This document shows, in pieces, positions 52,960 through 64,000 of a stretch of 64,000 bases of DNA (position 1 is the stretch's first letter; each line of letters starts with the position of its first letter). This DNA comes from Polymyxa betae A26-41 (Eukaryota > Protista > Endomyxa: Phytomyxea), in assembly GCA_003693705.1 (NCBI GenBank), contig RBZT01000631.1, positions 20,916 to 84,915 of the forward strand, written 5' to 3'. Made by a program: the position numbers and the translations under genes. The notes beneath the pieces are model-generated. The model worked only from the letters and a program-made list of their open reading frames with translations, searched no databases and was not told the origin of the DNA.

Positions 52960-54031
52960 ATGTCGATCTGGCGATTCTTAGGGAATCGATGGCGGATCCC
53001 GATGGCCGGCTTGGCAAGCGCCGCTTTGACAACCGGTACCGCTCTCATTACGACGGCTGCTGCTGAAGAGGACCAACTGCACCCACCTCAGTATGCATCT
53101 TGATTAACGTTATGATTCTGAATCCTGACGATAATACTTCAGTTATCCATGGAGCCACTCAGGTTTCTTCAATACTTTCGATATGGCGAGGTTTGACGAT
53201 GGAAATAGCACTCTTGTGAAAGCTTATTGGATTATAGTGTACGACGAGGCTATGAAGTTTATAAGCAAGTCTGTTCTAGCTGTCATTCGCTCAACCGAAT
53301 AGCCTTCCGTAACCTGGTCGGGACAACCCATACCGAAGAGGAGGCGAAAGCAATCGCTGAAGAATGTGAGATTCTTGATGGTCCTAATGAGGAAGGAGAA
53401 ATGTTTACCAGACCTGGTCGCCCTAGTCGACTTCAGTTCCCCATAATCTAACATGAACAACAGGAAAACTTTCTGATTACTTTCCACCTCCTTTTGCCAA
53501 CGAAGAGCAAGGAAGGTTCATGAATGGCGGTGCTTTACCTCCTGATTTGTCGCTAATGGGTAAAGCTCGACACGGAGGTGCTGACTACATCTTCTCTCTA
53601 CTTACCGGGTAAAATTCTGATATATAACTTCGCCGTTTTTTTCTAAATGAAGTTCTCAGATACCAGGATCCCCCTTCCGGCGTCACTGTCAGAGAGGGAC
53701 TGCATTACAATCCATATTTCCCAGGTGGTGCTATAGCTATGGCTCCGCCTCTATACGATGAAAGCGTTGAATATACCGATGGAACCCCCAATGATCTTTC
53801 TCAACTAGCAAAGGCAATCCTTTATACTCTGTCTCATATTGTTGTTGTTGATAATTTGTTTAGGATGTTACAACGTTTTTAATGTGGACTGCCGAACCCG
53901 AACATGACGAGCGAAAGAAGGCCGGTGTTAAAATCGTGTTGACGCTTGCGGCCGCAGCATTATTTGCAGGATATTACAAGCGTTTCCGCTGGTCGGTCCA
54001 CAAAAACCGACGTATAACATACACCAAATAA
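52960..54031 (+). CDS. CYC1: Cytochrome c1 (complex III), mitochondrial precursor
   Basis: [18 protein letters not shown] (CxxCH), [18 protein letters not shown] and [20 protein letters not shown]. Confidence 0.96.
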
Positions 54032-54094
54032 GGTCGATGGTTATTACTGAGTTGCAATCCTCGATAAAACAACCACGTTCACCTCATGGCCGTT

Positions 54095-55133
54095 TTATTC
54101 CTGCAGTTTGAATGCAGGGAAAACAATGTTTGGGAATCTCTTTATAACATCGACAAAATCTGTCACCGAGGTCAGCTTACGAAATCCAGACAACTGGGTA
54201 TGCATGCTCACTATCAAATGTTATGATGTTTGGATTATCAGCAGAGGCAGCTGCAGACACGATCAGATCAGCTTTCTTTTCCACTTCTTCCGGTAAGCTA
54301 GTTAGATGATTTGCCTTCAGAATATCCAAAACAGCATCTTTATGGATCGACCCGGATTGCGTTTCATCGAACAAACGGAAGGAGAATTTCGCTTTTTTCA
54401 GCTGATTAATTGGCAATACAGCAGACAATGCCATGACCAATATCCTAGCATCGACATCCCCGTTCTTATTATTTCCATATACCGTGAATACGTTCTCAGA
54501 TTGCTTTGATTCTGGGCATCGAAATATGCTGCAAAATTGGGAATATTTCATCATCCGCGATGGTAACCTCTGGATCTTCTGGAAATAGAGATCTTCTAAC
54601 TGCGAGATGTCCAGCGCCAACGCTGACACGAATTCAAACACTTCGCCTTGTTTCCTGATTCGGATCTTCATACGATCGATCGAACTGAGTTTCTGAACCT
54701 CTTCTGTTTTGGCCGAGGAAACATCCGTTTGAATGTCGATCTGGTCGGCTCTCATACCCATAATGTCTCTCTTCACCATTAAAATAAACTCCTGAAATGA
54801 CAGCTGTCCATCTCCATCGGTGTCGACCACCTTCATCATCTTATCAATCTCTTCATCGGTGGCGTCCTTCCCGCAAGCATCCAGAACGACTCTTAGCTCA
54901 GTCGATGACACGAACCCATTCCCATCCACATCCAGAGTCTGAAATGCTGCCCGAATCTCGGAATCGGAAAAGAATGGCCTTCTGACGTCCTTGGCTGGGC
55001 CATTGGAGTTGATGGCGATGCTGGCTTGCTTGGCTAGAGGTGTCACACTCGTCTGACGACTCGCTGTAGGAGCCAGACTGGCTTGACGGCTTGGGTTTGT
55101 GGACCCTCGAGCGGATCTAATAGCACTACTCAT
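54095..55133 (-). CDS. EF-hand protein: calmodulin-like pair plus calcineurin B/NCS-like C-terminal half
   Basis: DVDGNGFVSSTE and DTDGDGQLSFQE loops; KAKFSFRLFDETQSGSI. Confidence 0.82.
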
Positions 55134-55495
55134 AGTCCATTATGATGATTGTCATAGAATTCCATCATCTTCTATGCAGCTAATCACTGCTGAAACAATT
55201 TTCCATTGGGAAATATATCTATCTGACAATGGCATATCGAAGTATTCTTTCACATCCTGCTTGGTGCATATCATCGAAATTGGCGATTGTGCTAACAGGA
55301 TCCAGAAATTATACAACAGTAGGCTCCATAATGCAGATATGAAATTGTTCACCCGTTGCAGCGTTCAAGATCCAGCGAACTTTGCGGCTGAAAACTCACC
55401 ATATCATTACTTGAAACCAGAAAAAGTTCTGCAATGCAAAATGAAGCTGGATCGCTGAGTACGGTGGTATGACATTAACAGGGAAAGTCTACATC

Positions 55496-57313
55496 ATGTC
55501 TGATGTTGCTGATAACGCCAGTGTAGACGATTTGTTCGACCAATCACAATCGTATCCAGGTATCAACTCATCAAGACGAAAGGCGAGTTCTATAAACACC
55601 TTCTCAAACTTCGTTTTGATACGTTCAATAGCATGCCGATTCCGTTCATGCTGAAATCGAATCTCTTCAGCGCAGATTGCGACAGATTGAAGCGCAAAGG
55701 AAACAATCGGTCGTGCACCTCGCCAATGCGAAAACCTTTCAATTGTCGCGTTTGAAGGATATCAATTCGCAAGCACGCGATGATCTGCGTCTGGAGACCG
55801 GGAAGGCTCATACGATGATTCGCTATTCAATGGGACGTCGCATTGGGGCGCTTCAGGATGACGCCGAATTATACCACTCGAAAATCGCACGCGAATCGCA
55901 TCGATTAGCCATTCTGGAGAAGAAAATCGAACGTCAACATGCCGTACTGGCCGAACAGAAAAAAGTTGCTGTGCAGACTCGACAATCGAAGGCATCAGTT
56001 TACCGCATGGAAAAAAGGCTTTTGGTTGACGAGAGCAAACTCGACTCGGTTCGAAGATTTCATTTGTGTGTATAATGAGGCCTGAGATTCATTGATAGGC
56101 TCTTGTGAAATTCAGTGAAGCCATTTCTCAGAACAAAACCATGCGGGAATTGATTGACGATTTGAGGCGCGAACGTGCAACGTTTGATACTTTGGTGCAG
56201 CGCAATGAGCGAGAGCTGGAAGAAAACAAAAAAGAATTGGCAGCCATGATGGATCAAACCGTTCGAATATTTCAAGAGAAGACTCGTGTCGCAAATGACT
56301 TGAGTCAGATCAAGCAAGAAGCCATAAGTGAACTGGCCAAGATCGAGGACGAATGGCATTCTTTAGTTCGGGTTCTGACCGACGATGCTGAGCAGCTCGA
56401 AGCTGCTATGCAAGAAGATATGGCTCGGGCAAAAGAGAAGAAATACGACAAATCAATCGATCAGATGGCACACGAATCAAATCGTGAGCATCATGTTCGT
56501 CAACAGCTTGCGGCTATGGATGCCAAGCTTCACGATAATCACCATCAGATCGCTGAAGCGACACTTCGTGTTCGATCTACCGAGGAGTCGCTATCTCAGA
56601 TTACAAGAGCGACTGGAATCTCAACTATCCAGGAAGTCGTCGAGGCGTTCGTCAAAGCCGAAAACACCAATTTTTATCTTTTCCAACAGCTATCGGAGAT
56701 CAACGCCCAGATAGAAACTGGTGATTTAGAGATCGCTGAACTTTTTGAACGGCAAAGATCATTTCAGTCAGGAATTGCTAATGCGACCAATCAAACGAAA
56801 TTGCAATCGGTTGTCGATGGCGTGTATCAGAACTTCTACAGTGCTGAAGCTCGCCTCAAACAATACGATGCCGAGGTTGAACGGCACGACGATTGCATGC
56901 AGGTCATGAAGCGAAGCATTGAGCGATTGCTGGAAGCGCTTCTTGGAGAGAAAGAAGCTGTTCATAATGGCAATATTGGGGTCTGCCTGGATCGCATCGA
57001 GTCTTCAACGAATCGATTCGTTAATCTTTATCTCATGACGAGGAGCTGTAGTGATGCCGATCGGGTTTCGCTTGTAAACGTGCCGGCTGTCAACGATATC
57101 AAGATCGATCCACCATCGGTTGCTGGCACAAGCGCCGAAGATGATATCGAAGCGGTCGGGAACGTACCTGTCCTTCGTCGAGATATATCGGTTGGAGATG
57201 AGCCAACTCTACGCCGGATCGTCTCAATCGAGCGATCAGGCGCATCGAACCGAAATGATTCAACAACAGGGCTGCTTGGAACATTGTTAAGGCGGAATCG
57301 GACACCTGTATGA
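55496..57313 (+). CDS. ODAD1: Outer dynein arm docking complex subunit DC2 (CCDC114/ODAD1 family)
   Basis: VKFSEAISQNKTMRELIDDLRRERATFD and TGISTIQEVVEAFVKAENTNFYLFQQLSEINAQIE. Confidence 0.78.
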
Positions 57314-58213
57314 TGATCATCGATTCTGACGATTATCTACCTACTCCAGTAATAAAATCTTCTTAGAATGTAATACTGTTATACGAAGCGTCTGATCAAA
57401 GCGAAATCTTCGGAATTGGTGCCATGACATCAACGCCGTCACTCCACAAATGTGGAAGAAAGTGAAGTTGGCAGTTCAAATGAACAGCAATGTCGTGACC
57501 ATTGCCATCACCAAGCTATCAGTAACCGACTGCAATTAAAACAATCCATTGAAGCAGCCAATCAGCCGTTCGACAATTTCAGATTTAAAGCGCCCCAGTT
57601 GAGAACTTTCAGCCCATTAAGTATCTTGATAAAAGGAATCGGATTTACCATTAAGGCATAGTGAAATGTCGATATGGGATGGGACCGCATAGCCTCCTGA
57701 ATAATTGGACATGAGAGGAGACCTGACAGCAACATTTGACATTCCGGCTTAACCAATCAGTCGATGCGATACATAGGGATAACTAAGCCAAAATGTGCAG
57801 CAGAAGAATGGTGATTGTTTCCATACAAACAAGTTCCACCACTCACCTACATGATCACCTTCGCAATGGTGGCAGATTTGGCAGGCGCCGTCTGAACTTC
57901 CATATCCGCTCTACTTCCAGCGAAGAAATCATGCTGAATCCATAGACTAATAGCAGTATTGCATAGCGGATGAGAAGAAGTTGAGTTCAAGACCTCGGCC
58001 AAGGGTCTCTACCAAAGTCTCCATATTGGCAATGCTTGAAGGTTACCCTATTGAGGAATTTAACAGTTGATCAGCGGTAACATTACATGGAGGCAGCAGG
58101 ACCCTTTCGTAGTAATGTAACATTACTGATAGTTATGATCGGAGGGACCTTCACTAAAAGTGACACATTTCATTACCAGCGACGCAGTGTCTTTTAGATT
58201 TGCCGACTTTGAC

Positions 58214-60773
58214 ATGACGGCAATGAAACCTGTTGATGGACGTCGTGCTGCTGTTCGTCTGGTGCTGGTCGGCGACCCGCAATGTGGGAAGACGTCGCTC
58301 TGCAGCACGCTAGTATCGGAGGCGTTCCCGACCAAAGTTCCGCCCGTGATGCATCCTATTGTCGTCCCAGACGATATTATGCCTGATCACATTAATTTCA
58401 CATTGGTCGATACTTCATGTAGGTAACCAGAATTGTGTTTTAGCAACGGGTTTAACAAGGTTTTAGCGCGAAGCAAAGATGTGGAATCAGTCAATAAGGA
58501 ACTGCAGTCCTGCGATGCGGTCGTGGTTGTTTGCTCCTGTGATACACCTGATTCTATTGAAAACGTTGTTTCTTATTGGATTCCTCGTATTCAAAATTTC
58601 AACCCGGACGTAAATGTGTATGCAGGCAAATGCTGCCTTTGTTTGAGAATGGAATGGCAGGTCCCTGTTGTCGTTGCTGTTAACAAAATCGATTTGGTAG
58701 AAGAGGCGGACCGGGCATCTTTCGTTGAACATTTCCGTGATTTAGTCGACGATTTCCGTGTCTGGAACACGAACTTGGATTGTGCACATTCGCTAACAAG
58801 TGATACAGATTGCCACGTGTATCGAGTGTTCGGCCAAAATTCAGGTCCATGTTCCTGAAGTATTCTATTACGCTCTGAAATGGGTGACCCATCCTATTCT
58901 ACCAATCTATGATTGCCATACAAAAGTAATAAGATTGGATTGACGTTCGTCCAGCTAAATGTTTGTAGACGCTGAAAACCCGTTTCGTCATGGCATTAAC
59001 ACGAATCTTTCGGCAGTGTGATGTAGATATGGATGGGAAGTTGTCGCCTGAAGAACTGGACTCCTTTCAAGATCAATGCTTTGAGGTGTCTTTAAAGCAA
59101 GCTGATTTGATCAGCATTCGCCGAATTTTGAAAGAAAAGGTTTTTGTTGTTTACTAATTTCGAGTTGCATTACTGACCCCGACAGGACGAATCTTTTGTT
59201 GAAGGCGACAAAGTCACGCTTCAAGGATTTTTCTGTCTCCATCAGTTATTTATTGAGAAAAGAAAAATCGAAACGCCTTGGAAAGTACTGAGAGCGTTCG
59301 GGTATGACGACTCTTTGGAGATTAAAGAGGGTCACATTAATTTCCCGAACCATTCTGTTTCTGAAGATTATCGGTTCGAGCTTGTAGTTGAACATGGGCT
59401 CAAATGGCTCTATAAGATGTTCAGGCAGTTTGATTGTGATCAGGTCGGTCTTTCATTTTTCATTTTTACAAATTAAGGTCTAATTGACATGCTTGCCTTT
59501 TAAGGATGGTGTTCTAAATAGCGACGAGCTTCAAGAGATATTCTTTCCATGTCCCGATGGTCCTCCATTTCTCCCGAACTATGAGAACTATGTATGTGTC
59601 GATCCGACTTCCTTCGGGTTGACCCTTGCTGGATGGTTGTCCCAGTTTGCGTAAGCATGAGAGTTTGAACCGTTCGACCTTTTCGCTAATATCTTTAGAC
59701 TTCTAGCATTCTTTGATGTACGAACGGCACTGCTGACAATGGTTTATCTGGGATATCCGGCCAATCGTATTTTGCAATGTGTTAGACCTGTTAAGATACG
59801 AGCCTCTGGGTCGGTGAATCGCAATACCATTCATTGTGTCGTATTTGGATCCAGTAAATGTGGAAAATCAGGTATGGCCCGCTTCCCGTCTTTGTCATCG
59901 TCGTCGCTTAGTTGCTAAACAGCGCTTCTGGATCGGCTATTGGGTAAACATCTAACTTCACACTACCATGCAACCCAGACACTTCATACTGGTTGGATAT
60001 CCCATTGCTTACATTGTGTCGATTTCTGATAGATTCCTGCAGTTGCTAATATGATCGATGTTACGGATCTCTACGAATCTGACGACGAAACTAAGTTTTT
60101 AATCATGACCGAAGTGCGTTTTCTTCCAAATTTTGGATCTGTGTTGACAATGTTGCAAAGGTTCCAGCTATCAATTCGGTCGTTCAGGAGTGCATCACTA
60201 AGGATGTTCCGTATTGTGATCTTGTTCTATTAATGTACGATGTATCGGATCCGCATTCCCTTTCTTTTATTGTTAATATGATGAAAATACGGTAGGTTAT
60301 CTAATTGTATTGGATGATATGAACTTTTAAAATCACTGATAGTCCATGTTTCAACGTTCCGCATATATTGCTTGCATTCAAATCAGATAAACCTCCCGTT
60401 GAGCAGCTGGATTCTGATGGTTTCACATTGTGCCCAATAGAATTCACTCAAGATTTGGACCTTGTTGCATTAACCAGCGGAGCCTATCGTAATGACTTGA
60501 CTCCTCTATTTAAAGATATTACTGAGGCCGCTCTTCTGCCGTAAGACATCACTCGTTTGCTCTTTTGAGCAATAATTCATTCGTTGCAGGGACGGTTTTA
60601 AGCCTTCAACGAAAGCCATGAGACAACGGAAGAGAATACTGCGATGGGTCAAGAGAGGGTTCGTTGTCACCGCCTTAAGTTCGGCTATAATTTATGCTTC
60701 CTTCAAATTCAATGCTTGGGCCACGATTCGAGCGCTAGCGCCGGTAGAGTTGGAAAGGCCCTCGAATAAATAA
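58214..60773 (+). CDS. MIRO: Mitochondrial Rho GTPase (Miro/Gem1)
   Basis: VRLVLVGDPQCGKTSL, VVAVNKID, ECSAK, EF-hands (CDVDMDGKLS), WKVLRAFGYDD, second P-loop VFGSSKCGKS and C-terminal TM. Confidence 0.93.
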
Positions 60774-62454
60774 AAACTCTTGCTGCTCAGCACCGTATTT
60801 TATTATGAATGGTAAGCTTAGAACTTGCATCTGGATGCTTTCGTCGACACCTGCTGCAATTTCAACATTTTATGGAATCTCGTTCAGTTGCACTTGAGGT
60901 AAGTGAAGTCTCTTGGTAGCCTCAATATTGTCGCAATCACAACAAAACGTGAACCTTCGTAAAAACGCAAACATTCCCTACTTTGTCGATTGTATTTTAA
61001 TCGCTTATATGTTAGCCGTCGTAAATAAAGGTTTCACAAGTGATGACTTCGCTTAAAAAGTTTGCATCATAGAACTCAAATGTCAGAGCACGTACAACAG
61101 CAAATGTGGCGTCGATCGTGATTTCGTTCAGTTAGACGCCACTTCCGAGAATCATGGAATTCGTTCTTGTTAAACATATCAATTATGCTTTATCTGAACA
61201 TCATCAAGAATTGACACGAAGCCAGTTCGAGGAGAATTCGGTGTTAGGGCTTACGACCCAGTACGAATTCTGCAAAGGTAACCTTAGAGTAAACAGGCAT
61301 CCTAATTTAACATCAACACAGATTAATGAATTGACTGATCCTAAGGCACGACACATTTTTTCACTGACAAGTTGCCATCCGTTCCCAACGTTGGTTTCAA
61401 CAAAACCAGTGAATTTGGAGTTGCCAGTTGGAGTTACCAGTTGGCAGGTACTCGCCTGCCAAGAACATTCTGCGCTCAGATTGAGAACTTCAGTGTATAT
61501 TCACCACTTGTAAGATCCCGTTCAGTTCATTTCACATCGATAGATTAACCTTGGTATCAGACACGTCCTGTTCCAGCATTGAACATTCGGACACATTAAG
61601 ATGCTGCCGAAACAATGACTCATTGTTCTCTCATGATGCCTCTACAGTTGACTCATATAGCTGGATCGGGCGCTTGCTCATCTGCCATTGACTCATGGGG
61701 ACAAGTCTTCAGAAGCTCATGCTGCACAACCAACCTCATTCTACTTTTGCATCGATTTAGCTTAAGAGATTTCCAGAGCTGAGATGATTCCAGTGCTTCT
61801 GATTTCACTACAATCGTTGTTGATCTTCATCATCATTGCAATTGATTCGCGTTTCTGCGTTCTTGATTCGATTTAACTATGGGGTTAGTTATTGCTCTCG
61901 GGTATGATGGCTCTCGATGTGCTTCCTCCCATCATGGTCCTCTTTCACCCAATTACGAACATGCGCTTTTTGAACAAATCTTAAGTGGTGCCGACATTTG
62001 TATGCATTCTAAGATACGTTCAGGACCTGTTTCTAATCATTAATGGGGATCCATCTGATTCTAATGCTCTGCTCTTCGGCTAGCAAGCCAGCATACCTGA
62101 TATTCTCCATAAGTTTAAGGGTCCACGGTCCAAATTCTGATGCGCATTCAGGATTAACCTTAGCCGATGTTCGCTCGTGATTTCCTGATGTCCAGCTGCT
62201 GGTGATCGCCCGATTTCTGCTCTGGATATGATTCTATCGACGAACGTTATCGAAATTTACTCTCAAGATCCATTTTTGAAGGCGGGCTGTCTCTAGCTCA
62301 TATGCCGTTAGCAAAGCGTGTTTCTGCTGGGAATTAAACGTTATGTTCAGCGTTCCCAATTGGCAAGCAAACTCGGCTCGCTACCCAAGGACAGGATTTT
62401 ATATCAAGAGAAGGACAGTAATTTGCATTTATGTGATAGGGCGTCCTGAGACAA

Positions 62455-62504
62455 TGTCTCGATGAGTAATGTGAAGTATTGTCTCGATGAGTAATGTGAA
62501 GTAT
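62455..62504. repeat. 25-bp exact tandem duplication
   Basis: tgtctcgatgagtaatgtgaagtat x2. Confidence 0.9.
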
Positions 62505-62867
62505 TCTCTCCTAATATGATGACTCGGTCGTCCATCATCCTCTGCACGAATTAAGTCTATGGTGTTTCCGAATTTCTCAAGGTACCACATCACCTAACTA
62601 TAATGTTCCGTTTTGACTTTTGTTTCAGGATTTGGTTTATCGTGCTAAAGCCGTTTTCAAGATCAAATATCGAAAACACCTGTCCATGTGAATTGTATTT
62701 GTTGTGAACTTCAAGGTTTACGATCCCGTCGCGTTTCTGTTTCAACTCACTCTGGTTAGATGATTGATTTGACTCAACTGTGATTGTATCGGTAAAGTCG
62801 TGTCAAGCGAGGCGTAACACCTGTCCAGACTGAAGTTATTTGTAGTGGACCCTGATATCTCAAGGTT

Positions 62868-62953
62868 TGAACAACTGTCTTATTTCAGCTATCGCTGTTT
62901 AAACTGAATCTGAACAACTGTCTTATTTCAGCTATCGCTGTTTAAACTGAATC
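62868..62953. repeat. 43-bp exact tandem duplication
   Basis: tgaacaactgtcttatttcagctatcgctgtttaaactgaatc x2. Confidence 0.9.
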
Positions 62954-63691
62954 TGGTTAGATGTTTTGACTCAACTGTTACTTCCTACTGCCTAAAGTAT
63001 ATAATAATGATTCGGTGCTTTTTTATGCTGACTGTTGCTGTATTTTTTCCCTTTCTACATTTTTGGGAGAGGTCAGCAAGCTGAAGCAAAAGGTACATTA
63101 CATTTTCTATAATCTTCCGAGTGTAAACCTGGAATCTAACTGTTGTGCACTATCTATTATCGTATATCTAGCTGTAGATGCCTTCGTTTTGCAAGCCAAG
63201 GTGTAGAGCGGATGTTGGTCTTCATAAGATAATGATTTGTGTGATGGATGCAGATTGTATATTGACTGATCCATGCCTCAAATCTCGACATCAGGTGATG
63301 ATATTACAGATTTATGTCTTCAAATATATGGTATCCACCTATATATTTGATACATAGGTACCTCAAGTGGGCCAGTTCCTGCTGATCACGTTTTAGCTAC
63401 CTGATTAGATAAGGAAACAGAATATTGCCACCTAGTGCTGTGGGCCTTATAGCTTCCTTACAGGCTTTTGGATGATTGATGAAGGAATGGAAACCAACAG
63501 GCTATGCTGTCTCCTGCATTTAAAGGCCATTTCTGGGGTTCTGGATTTCACCACTTCCTATTGCTAATGCACTAATGAGCTTTGCTTTTGTCCAAGCATA
63601 GTACGAACAATTCGTTGTGATTTACTGACAGTCGTATTGAATGCCTGTTGGTGTCGCTTGATAGGACTAGTGAATCGATCGTTGCAGCAGT

Positions 63692-63740
63692 TCAGCAAAC
63701 CAGATACATCTTGAAATCAGCAAACCAGATACATCCTGAA
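63692..63740. repeat. 25-bp near-exact tandem duplication
   Basis: tcagcaaaccagatacatc(t/c)tgaa x2. Confidence 0.85.
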
Positions 63741-64000
63741 CTTTAAGAACGATGTTCACAGTAGTACAATTTTGGCGGCCTTGCTAGCAAGCTGGTCCCA
63801 GTCCAGCTAACTAACTCACCAGACTGCAGAATCTTCATCAGGTTATCACAGAATGACTTTAGCTAACAGGTTGCAATGGTTCTGGAAATCTAATCTTATT
63901 GGCATCATCGCTACGCTCTGGAGGAAGTGGCCCCAATCCATATAATCCTGATCAATGCTGTTCTTCAGTAACTTAGAAGAAAATTCTTGCTGGTTTGTCC

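Noticed and set aside
57360-58130. Possible small minus-strand gene between ODAD1 and Miro
   Set aside because: Splice phases could not be reconciled by hand and no motif was found.

Overview
This is a compact eukaryotic nuclear window with many short (about 50 nt) GT-AG introns, short intergenic spacers and moderate GC. Flagellar genes (ODAD1/ODA-DC2, a PIH1-domain protein, SPEF1-like, LRRIQ3-like) together with a secreted CBM18+CE4 chitin deacetylase suggest a zoosporic protist. A plasmodiophorid such as Spongospora is most plausible, but this is inference only. Recognisable genes: an LCM-family methyltransferase with a tandem pseudogene, SBDS-like, a PH/FHA signalling protein, a C2-SBF2-GRAM myotubularin, MAP10, a divergent ELO elongase, a GRAM-VASt lipid-transfer protein, an EamA transporter, a chromodomain protein, glutathione reductase, mitochondrial uL15, cytochrome c1, an EF-hand protein and Miro GTPase. 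Accessory patches (about 1.4-4.1, 25.8-27.8, 46.5-48.5 and 60.8-64 kb) contain pseudogene fragments, short tandem duplications, a GC-rich intronless orphan, and a frameshifted OB-fold-like gene followed by a perfect hairpin. I found no unambiguous new multi-gene system. The best leads are the OB-fold/hairpin element, the elongase with rewritten catalytic motifs, the GC-rich orphan and the unusual domain architectures. Gene boundaries of multi-exon models are hand-estimated and domain calls come from recalled motifs, not searches.
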